Assembly (NCBI GenBank): GCA_947626515.1
Contig: CANQSL010000004.1
Location: 1-52,599, forward strand
Source of the DNA: an uncultured Bacilli bacterium
Lineage (GTDB): Bacteria; Bacillota_I; Bacilli_A; RF39; UBA660
Length of the DNA: 52,599 nucleotides
Reading direction: 5' to 3'
Shown: piece by piece, positions 27,400-36,197 of the stretch
Layout of the letters: the number at the start of each line of letters is the position of its first letter
Numbering within the stretch: position 1 is the first letter of the stretch
Translations under genes and position numbers: made by a program
The notes under the pieces: model-generated
Database searches by the model: none
What the model saw: the letters and a program-made list of their open reading frames with translations, nothing else
What the model was told of the DNA's origin: nothing

Positions 27400-27598
27400 A
27401 AAAAAACACCTGAAAATGTAAGGACGAAAAATTCCGCGGTGCCACCTTACTTTACAAGTGTACTCTTAATTATTTTAACGCTAATACAGCGTCTTGTTAT
27501 TTTTGAAGTGTCTTTCAAATAATAATATTAGACTTTTTCACCACAATAAGTCCTCTCTTAAAATATTTATTTATTTTACTTTTCTTCTAACAAGAATA
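27400..27598 (-). promoter_or_regulatory. T-box riboswitch leader upstream of hisS-asnS-aspS-gatCAB
   Basis: Minus strand carries the T-box sequence AAGGUGGCACCGCGG (27434-27446 region), AGAGAGG plus GUGGUGAAA Stem I elements, an AGUA S-turn element, specifier-loop GAAAGACAC (GACAC = 27508-27512), and a downstream hairpin with a U7 run (27400-27406) before the hisS SD. Confidence 0.85.
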
Positions 27599-27605
27599 TA
27601 CATAC

Positions 27606-27634
27606 ATTTTACAAAAAAATAATATTTTAGTCAA
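27606..27634 (-). promoter_or_regulatory. Sigma-A type promoter of the hisS T-box leader
   Basis: Minus strand reads TTGACT (27634-27629), 17-nt spacer, TAAAAT (27611-27606). Confidence 0.6.
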
Positions 27635-27637
27635 TTG

Positions 27638-28387
27638 TTAAAATGTATATCTTTTTACTTTTTTATTACTATTAATATATTCATGTATTTCACACATACT
27701 TTTGCTATATTTTTTTACTGCATCAGATAAATTATATGAATCTATTTTCAACCTAGTTAAACTATTTTTAATTATTTTAATTGGATCAAACTTATTAATC
27801 TTATTAGATAAAGATTCTAATGGTTCAACGGATAAATCCATAATTCTTTCATCTACTTCAAAAAAACCATATGTTAAATCAACTAATATTCTAATACATT
27901 TAAACAATAAAATTTTCTTTTCTCGTTCGGGTACTATTTCTTTATCTAATCTATCTAATATTTCAAAACAATAATCTTTTAAAAGTTCTTCATTATAACT
28001 TAGCTCTTTTAAAAAATTTTCAAAACTATCATTTTTATATATTTTTTCTAATCCTCTAACCTTTAACATATTTCTTCTATTATAAAATATATTAAAAGCT
28101 TCATCTTTTGTAATACGTTCAAATTCTAATTTTTTACCTACATTAGTTGCAATTAAAGCATAATCATCTTTTAGAATTAGACACGAGTTATTCAATATTG
28201 ATTTTGGAATGTAATAATCATCTTCTAAAAAATATCCATATAGTAAAGAATCATCATCTTTATTTAAAGTAATATTTACAGGTTCTTCTACATACTCATT
28301 TTTTTCACCTAAAAAATTAAAATAACCATTATGATACCTTACCACAATATTTTCTAAATTGTATAAATTTATCATCTTATATTCCAT
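27638..28387 (-). CDS. Hypothetical protein, paralog 2 of a tandem pair
   Basis: MEYKMINLYNLENIVVRYHNGYFNFLG...GYFLEDDYYIP...EAFNIFYNRRN aligns along its length with the upstream 254-aa ORF. TGGAG SD. Confidence 0.8.
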   Translation of the reverse strand: MEYKMINLYNLENIVVRYHNGYFNFLGEKNEYVEEPVNITLNKDDDSLLYGYFLEDDYYIPKSILNNSCLILKDDYALIATNVGKKLEFERITKDEAFNIFYNRRNMLKVRGLEKIYKNDSFENFLKELSYNEELLKDYCFEILDRLDKEIVPEREKKILLFKCIRILVDLTYGFFEVDERIMDLSVEPLESLSNKINKFDPIKIIKNSLTRLKIDSYNLSDAVKKYSKSMCEIHEYINSNKKVKRYTF

Positions 28388-28443
28388 AATAACTCCAATA
28401 TCTAATTATATTATACAACTAAATTTTTAAACTACATATAATT

Positions 28444-29208
28444 TTAGAAGTTATTTAAGTAATTATATCTTTTTACATAACTTTTATTATTAATATACTC
28501 ATAATAATCATAAACATAATTTACATAAGAATCTAATCCTTTATTAAATGGTAAAGATCTATACATTTCTGTTTTATTTAATGTACTTTCTACAACTTTA
28601 TCTATATAAAAATTATTCCCCATCTTTTTTCTTAATGGCTGCATTGCTTTTGTTGTAAGCTCTATAATATCATAAGCCTTAGAAAATAAAACAAATCCAG
28701 GATTATTCAAAGCTAAAATACATTTTTTTAAAGTTTCTTTTTTTTCTTCATCACTTTTAGAGGTTTCTTCCAATTTATCTAATACTTTAAAACAAAAATC
28801 TATTAAAGTTTGTTCTTTAACTTCCAATGAATCTTCAAATTTATCAAAATATGGATTTTTAAATATTTCTAATCCTTTATTTTTTAATTCATTTCTTCTT
28901 TTATAAAAAATATCAAAAGCTTCTTCTTTAGATAATAATGCAATATCTAAATTTTTACCATTTCTAGTACACAACAAAGTATTTTCACTATTAATAATTA
29001 GACATTCGTTATGAACTAAAATTGCTGGAATATAGTAATCATCTTCTAAAAAATATCCTTTAAGTAAAGAGGAATCGTTTTCATTGATAACTATATTAAT
29101 TGGGTCACTTACAAATTCACCAGTTGATCCAACAAAATTGTAATATCCTTTATAATAAATAACATCAATATTTTCTAAATTATATAAATTAATTAATTTA
29201 TAATTCAT
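28444..29208 (-). CDS. Hypothetical protein, paralog 1 of a tandem pair
   Basis: MNYKLINLYNLENIDVIYYKGYYNFVG...GYFLEDDYYIP...EAFDIFYKRRN. Its GAGGAG SD is embedded in the last codons of the upstream gene (3-nt gap). Confidence 0.8.
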   Translation of the reverse strand: MNYKLINLYNLENIDVIYYKGYYNFVGSTGEFVSDPINIVINENDSSLLKGYFLEDDYYIPAILVHNECLIINSENTLLCTRNGKNLDIALLSKEEAFDIFYKRRNELKNKGLEIFKNPYFDKFEDSLEVKEQTLIDFCFKVLDKLEETSKSDEEKKETLKKCILALNNPGFVLFSKAYDIIELTTKAMQPLRKKMGNNFYIDKVVESTLNKTEMYRSLPFNKGLDSYVNYVYDYYEYINNKSYVKRYNYLNNF

Positions 29209-29211
29209 TAT

Positions 29212-30348
29212 TTACTCCTCTATAATAGAATCTAATTTTAATATTAGACTATTAACTTCATCATTGATTTTATTATCTTTGATCTTATTAGACAAATATA
29301 TTAATTTGTTTTTAATTTCTAATAATTTATCTTTATCATTATTTTTATTATCTAATTCATCTGCAAATAATAATCCTAATTCATGTACTTTGTCTATTAT
29401 TTCATTATATGATTTTAAACCTATATTTCTAGTATTAATTATATCGATAGTTCTTAACCTAATTAATTCTTTTAAAGTATTAATTTTATATCCATTTTTT
29501 AAACAAGTATAAGCTCTTAAAGATAAATCTAGCTCTTCTATATTTTTATCTACAAATTCATAATTTGTATTTACTTCTATTAAATATAATAAATTTAATT
29601 CTGTAAGTCTATCAATTAATTCTTTACTATAATATTTAAGTCTTTTTAAATCTTTTATTTTATATATATTATTATTTTTTAAACTTTTTAATAGCGAAGT
29701 AGATAAATCTAACCATATTAAATCCGTATTTAAAAGTTTAGAAGTATTTTTATAAGACATTAATATATTTTTTTTATCTAAAAAATCAATATCCTCTATA
29801 AAATTTAGGCCTAATTTATCTATAATATTTTTTACTTCTTCGTATTTTTTTCCATTGCCAATAATACTAATTAATCCAATTTTTCCTATGCTTAATAAAT
29901 CATTTAAAGTAAGTATTGACTTTTCTCTTAAATTATTTAATACATTGTTTGATAAAATTTCTCCTAAATTTATATTTTTTAAATTTATTTTACTATTTAA
30001 TATATCAAATACAGTAATACAATCTATTTCTTCTTCTCTAATAATTCTTTTTAATATTGCCGTATGTATCTTATTCTTTTCATTACTTATAAAAGCTTCA
30101 GAAACATTTAATTCTTTAGCAACTTCTTTTTGTTTTTTTATAATATTATCAGTAAATACACCATATAATTTTCTAATGATTAATGTTTCCATTTCATCTA
30201 ATGGAAAAATAATTTTTATATCTTTATTATATAAGTCATCTATAAAATAATTTAAATTAATTTTATACTTTTTTAAATTAGCATCAGTTTTAAATTGAGA
30301 TAAATACTCATTTTCTAAAATACTATAAAGAAACGCATTTTTAACCAT
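29212..30348 (-). CDS. Protein with a sigma-70 region-4-like HTH and three RNA polymerase alpha C-terminal-domain-like (HhH) repeats
   Basis: aa 49-102 LDEMETLIIRKLYGVF..KQKEVAKELNVSEAFISNEKNKIHTAILKRI resembles sigma region 4. aa 268-326 IEELDLSLRAYTCLKNGYKINTLKELIRLRTIDIINTRNIGLKSYNEIIDKVHELGL resembles the alpha-CTD. Weaker copies lie at aa 122-181 and 209-253. GAGGGGA SD. Confidence 0.7.
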   Translation of the reverse strand: MVKNAFLYSILENEYLSQFKTDANLKKYKINLNYFIDDLYNKDIKIIFPLDEMETLIIRKLYGVFTDNIIKKQKEVAKELNVSEAFISNEKNKIHTAILKRIIREEEIDCITVFDILNSKINLKNINLGEILSNNVLNNLREKSILTLNDLLSIGKIGLISIIGNGKKYEEVKNIIDKLGLNFIEDIDFLDKKNILMSYKNTSKLLNTDLIWLDLSTSLLKSLKNNNIYKIKDLKRLKYYSKELIDRLTELNLLYLIEVNTNYEFVDKNIEELDLSLRAYTCLKNGYKINTLKELIRLRTIDIINTRNIGLKSYNEIIDKVHELGLLFADELDNKNNDKDKLLEIKNKLIYLSNKIKDNKINDEVNSLILKLDSIIEE

Positions 30349-30400
30349 AATAAATCCCCTCGATAAAGTTTTTTTATAATAACATAAAAAATAAATAAAA

Positions 30401-32338
30401 TCAATTAAATAGAATATTTGATATGTTTCTTGCTAAGTAAGTATTTATAGGATATTCCCCACTACTTGCATTTTCATAATCTATATTTGGACTAATTATA
30501 ACTAAACTATATTTAGGTTCATCACTTGGCATATAAGAAATAAAGGTTTTTGTAGTTGTAAAAGTATCAGCAATTCCATCTTTATTAGAATCCATTATAG
30601 ATTCGCTTGTGCCTGTTTTACTACTTGCATTATATTTTTGATCTATATAATATGCTCCCGTTCCAAAGGAAGCTACACTTTTTAATCCCTCTTTTATCCT
30701 ATTTAGATATTTTTCTTCTAAATCTACTTTATTAAGAAAACTATTTGTATTATCTAAAAGAACTTTTCCATTTGAAGAAACTATTTCCTTCATCAAAGAT
30801 AATTTATTTCTATTTCCACCATTCGCCACAGTATTTATATATTGAGCTAATTCTACTGGCGTATATGTATCATATTGTCCTATGCTTAAATTTAACAGTA
30901 AATCATCGCTTTTAGTTGTACCTATAATACCAGTAGTTTCGTTTTCCAAATCTATTCCAGTAATTGCTCCTAATCCATAGCTTTTAAGCATTTCTCTATA
31001 GGCATTAAATGCATAATCTAAATTATTTAAGGCCATATTATATCTATATTTTTCTCCTGTTAACCCTACTGCTATTAAAAATTGATAATAGTTTGACGAA
31101 TAAGCTAAAGCTTGTATATCATTAATATTACCCAATCTTCTCCAACTACATTTTTCAGTTTTATTTTTAAGTTTTACACAAGAATCAGTTACTTGAGTTC
31201 CAATATCTATTATATTGTATTTATATCCAACTGAAATTGTTGCAGCTTTAACTGCACTACCTACTGTATAGCTTTTATTAATATTGCCTATTTCATTATC
31301 GTAAAAAATGTCGTTATTAAAACTTTTTCCAACAAATGCTAAAATACTACCAGTCGATGGATCACTAACAATTATATATGAACCATTATAATATTTAGCA
31401 CTGGGATATTTTTTAGCATTCAAAATTTCCTGTTCTAATATTCCTTCGATACTTTTTTGTAATTCAATGTCTATATTTAATATTAAATCGTTACCAATAC
31501 TAGCTTCCTTAATTAAAGTCAAAGTATTATCATTATTTACTTTATACTGAGCTTTATCTCCTTTTAAATAAGCTTCATAATATTTTTCTAAATATGATAT
31601 TCCCACTGTATCATCTAAAGAATACCCAAGGCTTAAATAATCATCTACTTCTTCACTAGGAATTAATCCAACTTCTCCTATAGTATTAGAAAGTAATCCC
31701 TCATAATTATTTATTCTTTCAAAAGTCATTTCTACTCTAACACCGCTTAATTTCATTTCTAAAATAGTACTATATTCTTCATCCGTACAATTTTTTTTAA
31801 TTATTTTATCCTGATAATCATATCCATTATTCATAATATTAAAAATATTTGAAGCTTTTAAATCAATATTACTCAATTCATTTAACATGTCATCAGTTAT
31901 TAAAGATAATCTATAATTTAATAAATCTTTACTAGTTATTTTTCTTTCTTCATATTTTTTTAATATGTCTTTTCCTACTAAACCGTCTATTTTTTCTTTA
32001 TTTTTTAAGTAATAAAAATATTTTTGTTCATCTTTAGTACCAATATCTATTTCTATTACATTTGCAAGAGATGAAGCAATCTCTATTTCTTCTTCTGTGC
32101 TTATTCCGCTAAGCTTATTAAAAATTATTGTTTTAACTCCTTTATTATCTACAATTATATTTCCATTTCTATCTAAAATTCTTCCTCTAGGAGCAGTACT
32201 GCCATATATTATTTTATTATTTTTTTCTTCTAATAATTTATTATAATAATCTTTTTTATAAAACATCAAATAAGACATTCTAACTATTGGTATGACAAAT
32301 AATACAATTAAAAAAATATAGATAAATTTATTCTTCAT
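30401..32338 (-). CDS. Class B penicillin-binding protein (PBP2-type transpeptidase)
   Basis: N-terminal TM segment and dimerisation domain. SxxK (GSAVKA), SxN (YSSNYY) and KTGT (SSKTGTSE). Start at MKNKFIYI (ATG 32338, GGTGGA SD). The 44-codon upstream extension in the track is rejected. Confidence 0.88.
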   Translation of the reverse strand: MKNKFIYIFLIVLFVIPIVRMSYLMFYKKDYYNKLLEEKNNKIIYGSTAPRGRILDRNGNIIVDNKGVKTIIFNKLSGISTEEEIEIASSLANVIEIDIGTKDEQKYFYYLKNKEKIDGLVGKDILKKYEERKITSKDLLNYRLSLITDDMLNELSNIDLKASNIFNIMNNGYDYQDKIIKKNCTDEEYSTILEMKLSGVRVEMTFERINNYEGLLSNTIGEVGLIPSEEVDDYLSLGYSLDDTVGISYLEKYYEAYLKGDKAQYKVNNDNTLTLIKEASIGNDLILNIDIELQKSIEGILEQEILNAKKYPSAKYYNGSYIIVSDPSTGSILAFVGKSFNNDIFYDNEIGNINKSYTVGSAVKAATISVGYKYNIIDIGTQVTDSCVKLKNKTEKCSWRRLGNINDIQALAYSSNYYQFLIAVGLTGEKYRYNMALNNLDYAFNAYREMLKSYGLGAITGIDLENETTGIIGTTKSDDLLLNLSIGQYDTYTPVELAQYINTVANGGNRNKLSLMKEIVSSNGKVLLDNTNSFLNKVDLEEKYLNRIKEGLKSVASFGTGAYYIDQKYNASSKTGTSESIMDSNKDGIADTFTTTKTFISYMPSDEPKYSLVIISPNIDYENASSGEYPINTYLARNISNILFN

Positions 32339-32406
32339 ATAATCCACCATTATTAGTATGTAATTTATTTGTTTTTTAAAACATATAATATATTGGTGAT
32401 TAAAAA

Positions 32407-32655
32407 ATGTTAAACGTAATAGAAAGTTATGTACAAAATATAAATAAAAATGATATATATAATTTTGCATTAAAAAATAATATTAATTTAAATAATAATG
32501 AATTAGACTTTATATACAATTTTATTAAAACTAGATATAAAGAGGTTTTAAGTAATCCAAGTGGTTTTAATTTAGTTAAATATAAAAATAATTTTTCAAA
32601 TGAAAATTTTATTAAAATAAATGCAATTGTAAATAGATACAAAATGTTATTATAA
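32407..32655 (+). CDS. Small conserved-looking hypothetical protein (82 aa)
   Basis: GGTGA SD 7 nt before the ATG, followed directly by a terminator hairpin. Helical, non-hydrophobic composition. From memory it resembles YqfT/DUF2624-type small proteins, but this is not verifiable here. Confidence 0.55.
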   Translation: MLNVIESYVQNINKNDIYNFALKNNINLNNNELDFIYNFIKTRYKEVLSNPSGFNLVKYKNNFSNENFIKINAIVNRYKMLL

Positions 32656-32677
32656 AAAGGACAATAAATGTCCTTTT
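32655..32677. terminator. Bidirectional terminator between the 82-aa gene and ftsK
   Basis: Stem aaaggaca / tgtccttt with loop ataaa and flanking A and T runs. It overlaps the ftsK stop. Confidence 0.65.
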
Positions 32678-34883
32678 ATTCTTCTTCTGAATTTTGATTA
32701 TTCTCTAATTTTACTAATACCTCCCTAGGTTTTGAACCATTTGCCGGTCCAATAATTCCTCTTTCTTCCAACAAATCTACAATTCTTGCAGCTCTGTTAT
32801 AACCTAGCCTAAATCTTCTTTGTAATAATGATGCGCTAATTTTTCCAGTTTCTATAGCGAAATCAACAATCTCGTTATACAAAGGATCATCGTATTCATC
32901 TTTTTCAAAACCTGCTCCAGCTGCCATATGATCCGGTGCATCTTCAGTCAATGAATTATCATATTGAGCTGCTTGTTCTTTACTAACATAATCAATCAAT
33001 CTTTGAGTCTCATCGTCACTTATAAAATTACCCTGAATTCTTATTGGACTATTTTCGCCCATAGGTAAATATAGCATATCTCCTTTACCCAAAAGTTTTT
33101 CTGCTCCACCCATATCAAGTATAGTTCTTGAATCTATTTGAGATGCAACAGCAAAGGAAATACGACTTGGTATGTTAGCTTTTACAACTCCAGTAATTAC
33201 ATCTGTTGAAGGTCTTTGTGTCGCTACAATCAAATGTATTCCTGCAGCACGCGCCATTTGAGTAATTCTCATTATTGAATCTTCAACTTCTTTTGCAGCT
33301 ACTAACATCAAATCTGCAAGCTCATCGATGATTACAACTATAAATGGCATCTTTTTCTCTACTTCTATTCCTGCTTCCTTATTTTGCTTTTCAACCCATT
33401 CATTATAACCGCCAATATTTTTTACATTCTTTTCGCTAAAAGTATCATATCTTCGTTCCATTTCCTGAACAATTTTTTGTAAAGCTACACTAGCTTTTTT
33501 AGGATCACTTACTACTGGGCAAAGCAAATGTGGTATTCCATTATAATTTGAAAGTTCAACTTTTTTTGGATCTACTAAAACTAATTTACATTCATCGGGT
33601 CTCATTCTTATTAAAATAGAAGCTATAAAACTATTGATACATACTGATTTTCCTGATCCAGTAGATCCTGCAACTAAAAGGTGTGGCATTTTAGACATAT
33701 CAGCACAACAATTTCTACCCATAATGTCTTTTCCTAAAGAAAACAATATTTTAGCGTTTTGCATATTTGAAGGTATATTTGACAACACTTCTCTTATAGG
33801 AACACTAGTTGTTTCCTTATTTGGTATTTCTACACCTACTGTACTTTTTCCTGGAATAGGAGCTTGAATTCTTACATCTTTTGCAGCCAATGCTAATGCT
33901 ATTTCTTTATTAATACTTGTTATTCTACTTACTTTAGTACCACTTGCAATTTCTACTTCAAATTGAGTTACTGTAGGTCCCTCATGAATTTGAACTACTT
34001 TACCAGTTATTTGAAAATCTGCTAAAACTTTTTCTAATGCTGTCTTTGTTTTTACTAAAAAATCGGTAGTATTAACTTTTTTATTCTTTTTAATCGGATC
34101 TAAAATATCTAAACTAGGCAATCTATAATTAGAATTAGATGTAGAACTTGGTTTAGTTTCTACAGAATTCAATACAGGTTCTTGAACTTCATTTTTATTA
34201 TAATTATGTAAATCCTCACTACTTGTAACAATTACTTTATTATCTATTACTTCATCTGTTTCTTCTTCATCATCATCAGTTTCTTCTTCATCTTCTTCAA
34301 TTGCTTTAGATTTTATTTTGCTAAAGGCATTTTTAATTTTATCTGCAATATCTCCTATAGAAATGTCAAATAATAAAATAATTCCAAAAAATATAAGAAC
34401 ATAAAAAATTATATAAGCTCCTCGATTATCAAATAACTTATTTAAACTCCATCCACTAATAGAACCAATTACTCCTCCACCGGCATTGCTTAAATTTACA
34501 AAATCTGGTCCTTTTATTTTCATTAAAGTTTCAACTGTAGTTTCTATAAATTCTTTAAATTTAACGCCCTTTTCTACAAATTTCATATGTGATAATCCAA
34601 GTATAGAAAATGATAAAATATAAACTCCTATAAATCTTAAAGAATAAAATTTAGGCATACTTCTTTTAAATATAAAATATAAACCTAATACTATTAAAAA
34701 TAATATTAATACATTATAATATGTTCCAACTAAAAATATAGCAAAATGTTTAATTATACTTCCAACAGGTCCAAAAACACCAATTCCAATAACACCAATA
34801 AGTATTAAAATTAATCCTATAAATTCTATGCTAAATTTGGGTTTAGAACTTTCACTAGATTTTCTTTTTTTCTTTTTTGCCAT
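32676..34883 (-). CDS. ftsK: DNA translocase FtsK/SpoIIIE
   Basis: N-terminal multi-TM domain and an acidic linker. Motor domain with Walker A GSTGSGKS and Walker B VVIIDELADL. C-terminal gamma winged helix (LLQRRFRLGYNRAARIVDLLEERGIIG). Confidence 0.93.
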   Translation of the reverse strand: MAKKKKRKSSESSKPKFSIEFIGLILILIGVIGIGVFGPVGSIIKHFAIFLVGTYYNVLILFLIVLGLYFIFKRSMPKFYSLRFIGVYILSFSILGLSHMKFVEKGVKFKEFIETTVETLMKIKGPDFVNLSNAGGGVIGSISGWSLNKLFDNRGAYIIFYVLIFFGIILLFDISIGDIADKIKNAFSKIKSKAIEEDEEETDDDEEETDEVIDNKVIVTSSEDLHNYNKNEVQEPVLNSVETKPSSTSNSNYRLPSLDILDPIKKNKKVNTTDFLVKTKTALEKVLADFQITGKVVQIHEGPTVTQFEVEIASGTKVSRITSINKEIALALAAKDVRIQAPIPGKSTVGVEIPNKETTSVPIREVLSNIPSNMQNAKILFSLGKDIMGRNCCADMSKMPHLLVAGSTGSGKSVCINSFIASILIRMRPDECKLVLVDPKKVELSNYNGIPHLLCPVVSDPKKASVALQKIVQEMERRYDTFSEKNVKNIGGYNEWVEKQNKEAGIEVEKKMPFIVVIIDELADLMLVAAKEVEDSIMRITQMARAAGIHLIVATQRPSTDVITGVVKANIPSRISFAVASQIDSRTILDMGGAEKLLGKGDMLYLPMGENSPIRIQGNFISDDETQRLIDYVSKEQAAQYDNSLTEDAPDHMAAGAGFEKDEYDDPLYNEIVDFAIETGKISASLLQRRFRLGYNRAARIVDLLEERGIIGPANGSKPREVLVKLENNQNSEEE

Positions 34884-34927
34884 ACTATCACCATACTTAA
34901 ATTATAATATAACAACAATTCATAAAC

Positions 34928-34959
34928 AAGAAAAATGATGTTTTTTGTAAACATCATTT
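34928..34959 (-). terminator. Terminator downstream of nrnA
   Basis: 11-bp stem aaatgatgttt / aaacatcattt with loop tttgt, followed on the minus strand by a U-run. Confidence 0.65.
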
Positions 34960-34970
34960 GTAAAGTTTTA

Positions 34971-35894
34971 TTATAATTTTAACAATTTATCTAATTTATC
35001 AATTACTTCTTGAACTTCACTAAAATTCTTTAATATTGCACCACTTGCAAGTAAGTGTCCACCACCACCATATTCCTGTGCAATATTATTAATAGGAATA
35101 TTTTTAGAACGCAATCTTAGCCTTATACCTTCATCTGTTTCTATAAATAAGGCATATATATCTGCAATATTAGATATTAAATAAATTAAAGAACTAGCAT
35201 CGTTTTCATTTATATTATATCTTATTAAATCTTTTTTATAAATAATTATATATGCAACACCGTTTTTAGTCATTTTAAAATCATTTAAAATTTTTGCTTT
35301 AAATCTAAGAAGTTCGATTGTTTCTTTATTTATCTTATTATTAATATCCGATATATTTATATCTAATGTTGCTAAAAAACTTGCTATTTTAAATGTATTT
35401 GATGTTATATTTTTATAAGAAAAATTACCTGAATCAGTAACTAATCCCGTATATAAAGCTTCAGCAGCACTTTTATTTATTTTCAAAATATTTTTGTATT
35501 TTAAATAAAATTCAGAAATTATTTCAGTTGTAGATACTGCATTAAAATCTATATATTCGTAATCACAATATTTATCGCTATCTTTATGATGATCAATTTT
35601 TATTGTATATTTAGATTTATTAATTCTATTATCGCTTAGCCTATCAAAAGTAGAGCAATCTAAACATATGCTAAGAGCTCCCTCAAATAATTTTTCATCA
35701 ATTAATGTTACTTCCCCTAAAAAGTTAAAAGTACTATTATCTATTCCAGTAACATAAACGTTTTTATTCGGAAAGCTTTCCTTAATTATATTCATTAAAC
35801 CAAACTGACTACCTATACAATCGCCGTCAGGTCTAATATGCCCATGAATTATAATTGTATCAAATTCTTTTATTTTTTCCAAAATATGTTCCAT
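34971..35894 (-). CDS. nrnA: DHH/DHHA1 phosphoesterase, NrnA-type oligoribonuclease / pAp phosphatase
   Basis: HGHIRPDGDCIGS, DHH (KIDHHKDS), GGGGH (DHHA1). Confidence 0.8.
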   Translation of the reverse strand: MEHILEKIKEFDTIIIHGHIRPDGDCIGSQFGLMNIIKESFPNKNVYVTGIDNSTFNFLGEVTLIDEKLFEGALSICLDCSTFDRLSDNRINKSKYTIKIDHHKDSDKYCDYEYIDFNAVSTTEIISEFYLKYKNILKINKSAAEALYTGLVTDSGNFSYKNITSNTFKIASFLATLDINISDINNKINKETIELLRFKAKILNDFKMTKNGVAYIIIYKKDLIRYNINENDASSLIYLISNIADIYALFIETDEGIRLRLRSKNIPINNIAQEYGGGGHLLASGAILKNFSEVQEVIDKLDKLLKL

Positions 35895-35917
35895 AGTTTA
35901 TCTCTCTTTCTTAAATC

Positions 35918-36196
35918 TTATCCATAAAAACGCTTGAGATATTTTTTTTTATTACCACTCACTATACTTATTATTTCTTTATCATTAATATTAATTAAAT
36001 CTTTTCCATATATACTATCTAATGATCCAAACGAAAGAAGTATATTCTCTTTTAATAAATATTTATCCATATAAATAAAATCATTTAATTTAGGTATTAA
36101 TCCATTAAATTCTATTCTGAGTTTATATTCATTATTGTCTTTATCCAATAATGTATAATTAAAATTTTCTATTTTAATTATTTTTAATTTTTCCAT
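35918..36196 (-). CDS. Hypothetical 92-aa protein coupled to the LRR protein gene
   Basis: GGAGAGGA SD lies inside the last codons of the upstream gene (1-nt gap). Predicted beta-rich, with no Sm/Hfq motif. Confidence 0.7.
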   Translation of the reverse strand: MEKLKIIKIENFNYTLLDKDNNEYKLRIEFNGLIPKLNDFIYMDKYLLKENILLSFGSLDSIYGKDLININDKEIISIVSGNKKKYLKRFYG

Positions 36197-36197
36197 T

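Noticed and set aside
27508-27510. CAC (His) as the specifier codon of the T-box upstream of hisS
   Set aside because: It was my first assumption because hisS is the first gene. However, CAC is followed by U rather than the conserved purine, and the UGGC bulge predicts a G73 tRNA, so GAC (Asp) fits better. It is kept open as a possible dual reading in the findings.
32339-32470. 44-codon N-terminal extension of the PBP ORF (MQNYIYHFYLYF...)
   Set aside because: The internal ATG at 32338 has a GGTGGA SD and is immediately followed by the expected Lys-rich/TM anchor. The extension overlaps the divergent 82-aa gene and its promoter region. The track starts of ku, HAD, miaA, gatC, aspS, holA, the HD-domain gene, the sigma factor, DUF2130 and the YiiX-like gene were shortened on the same logic.
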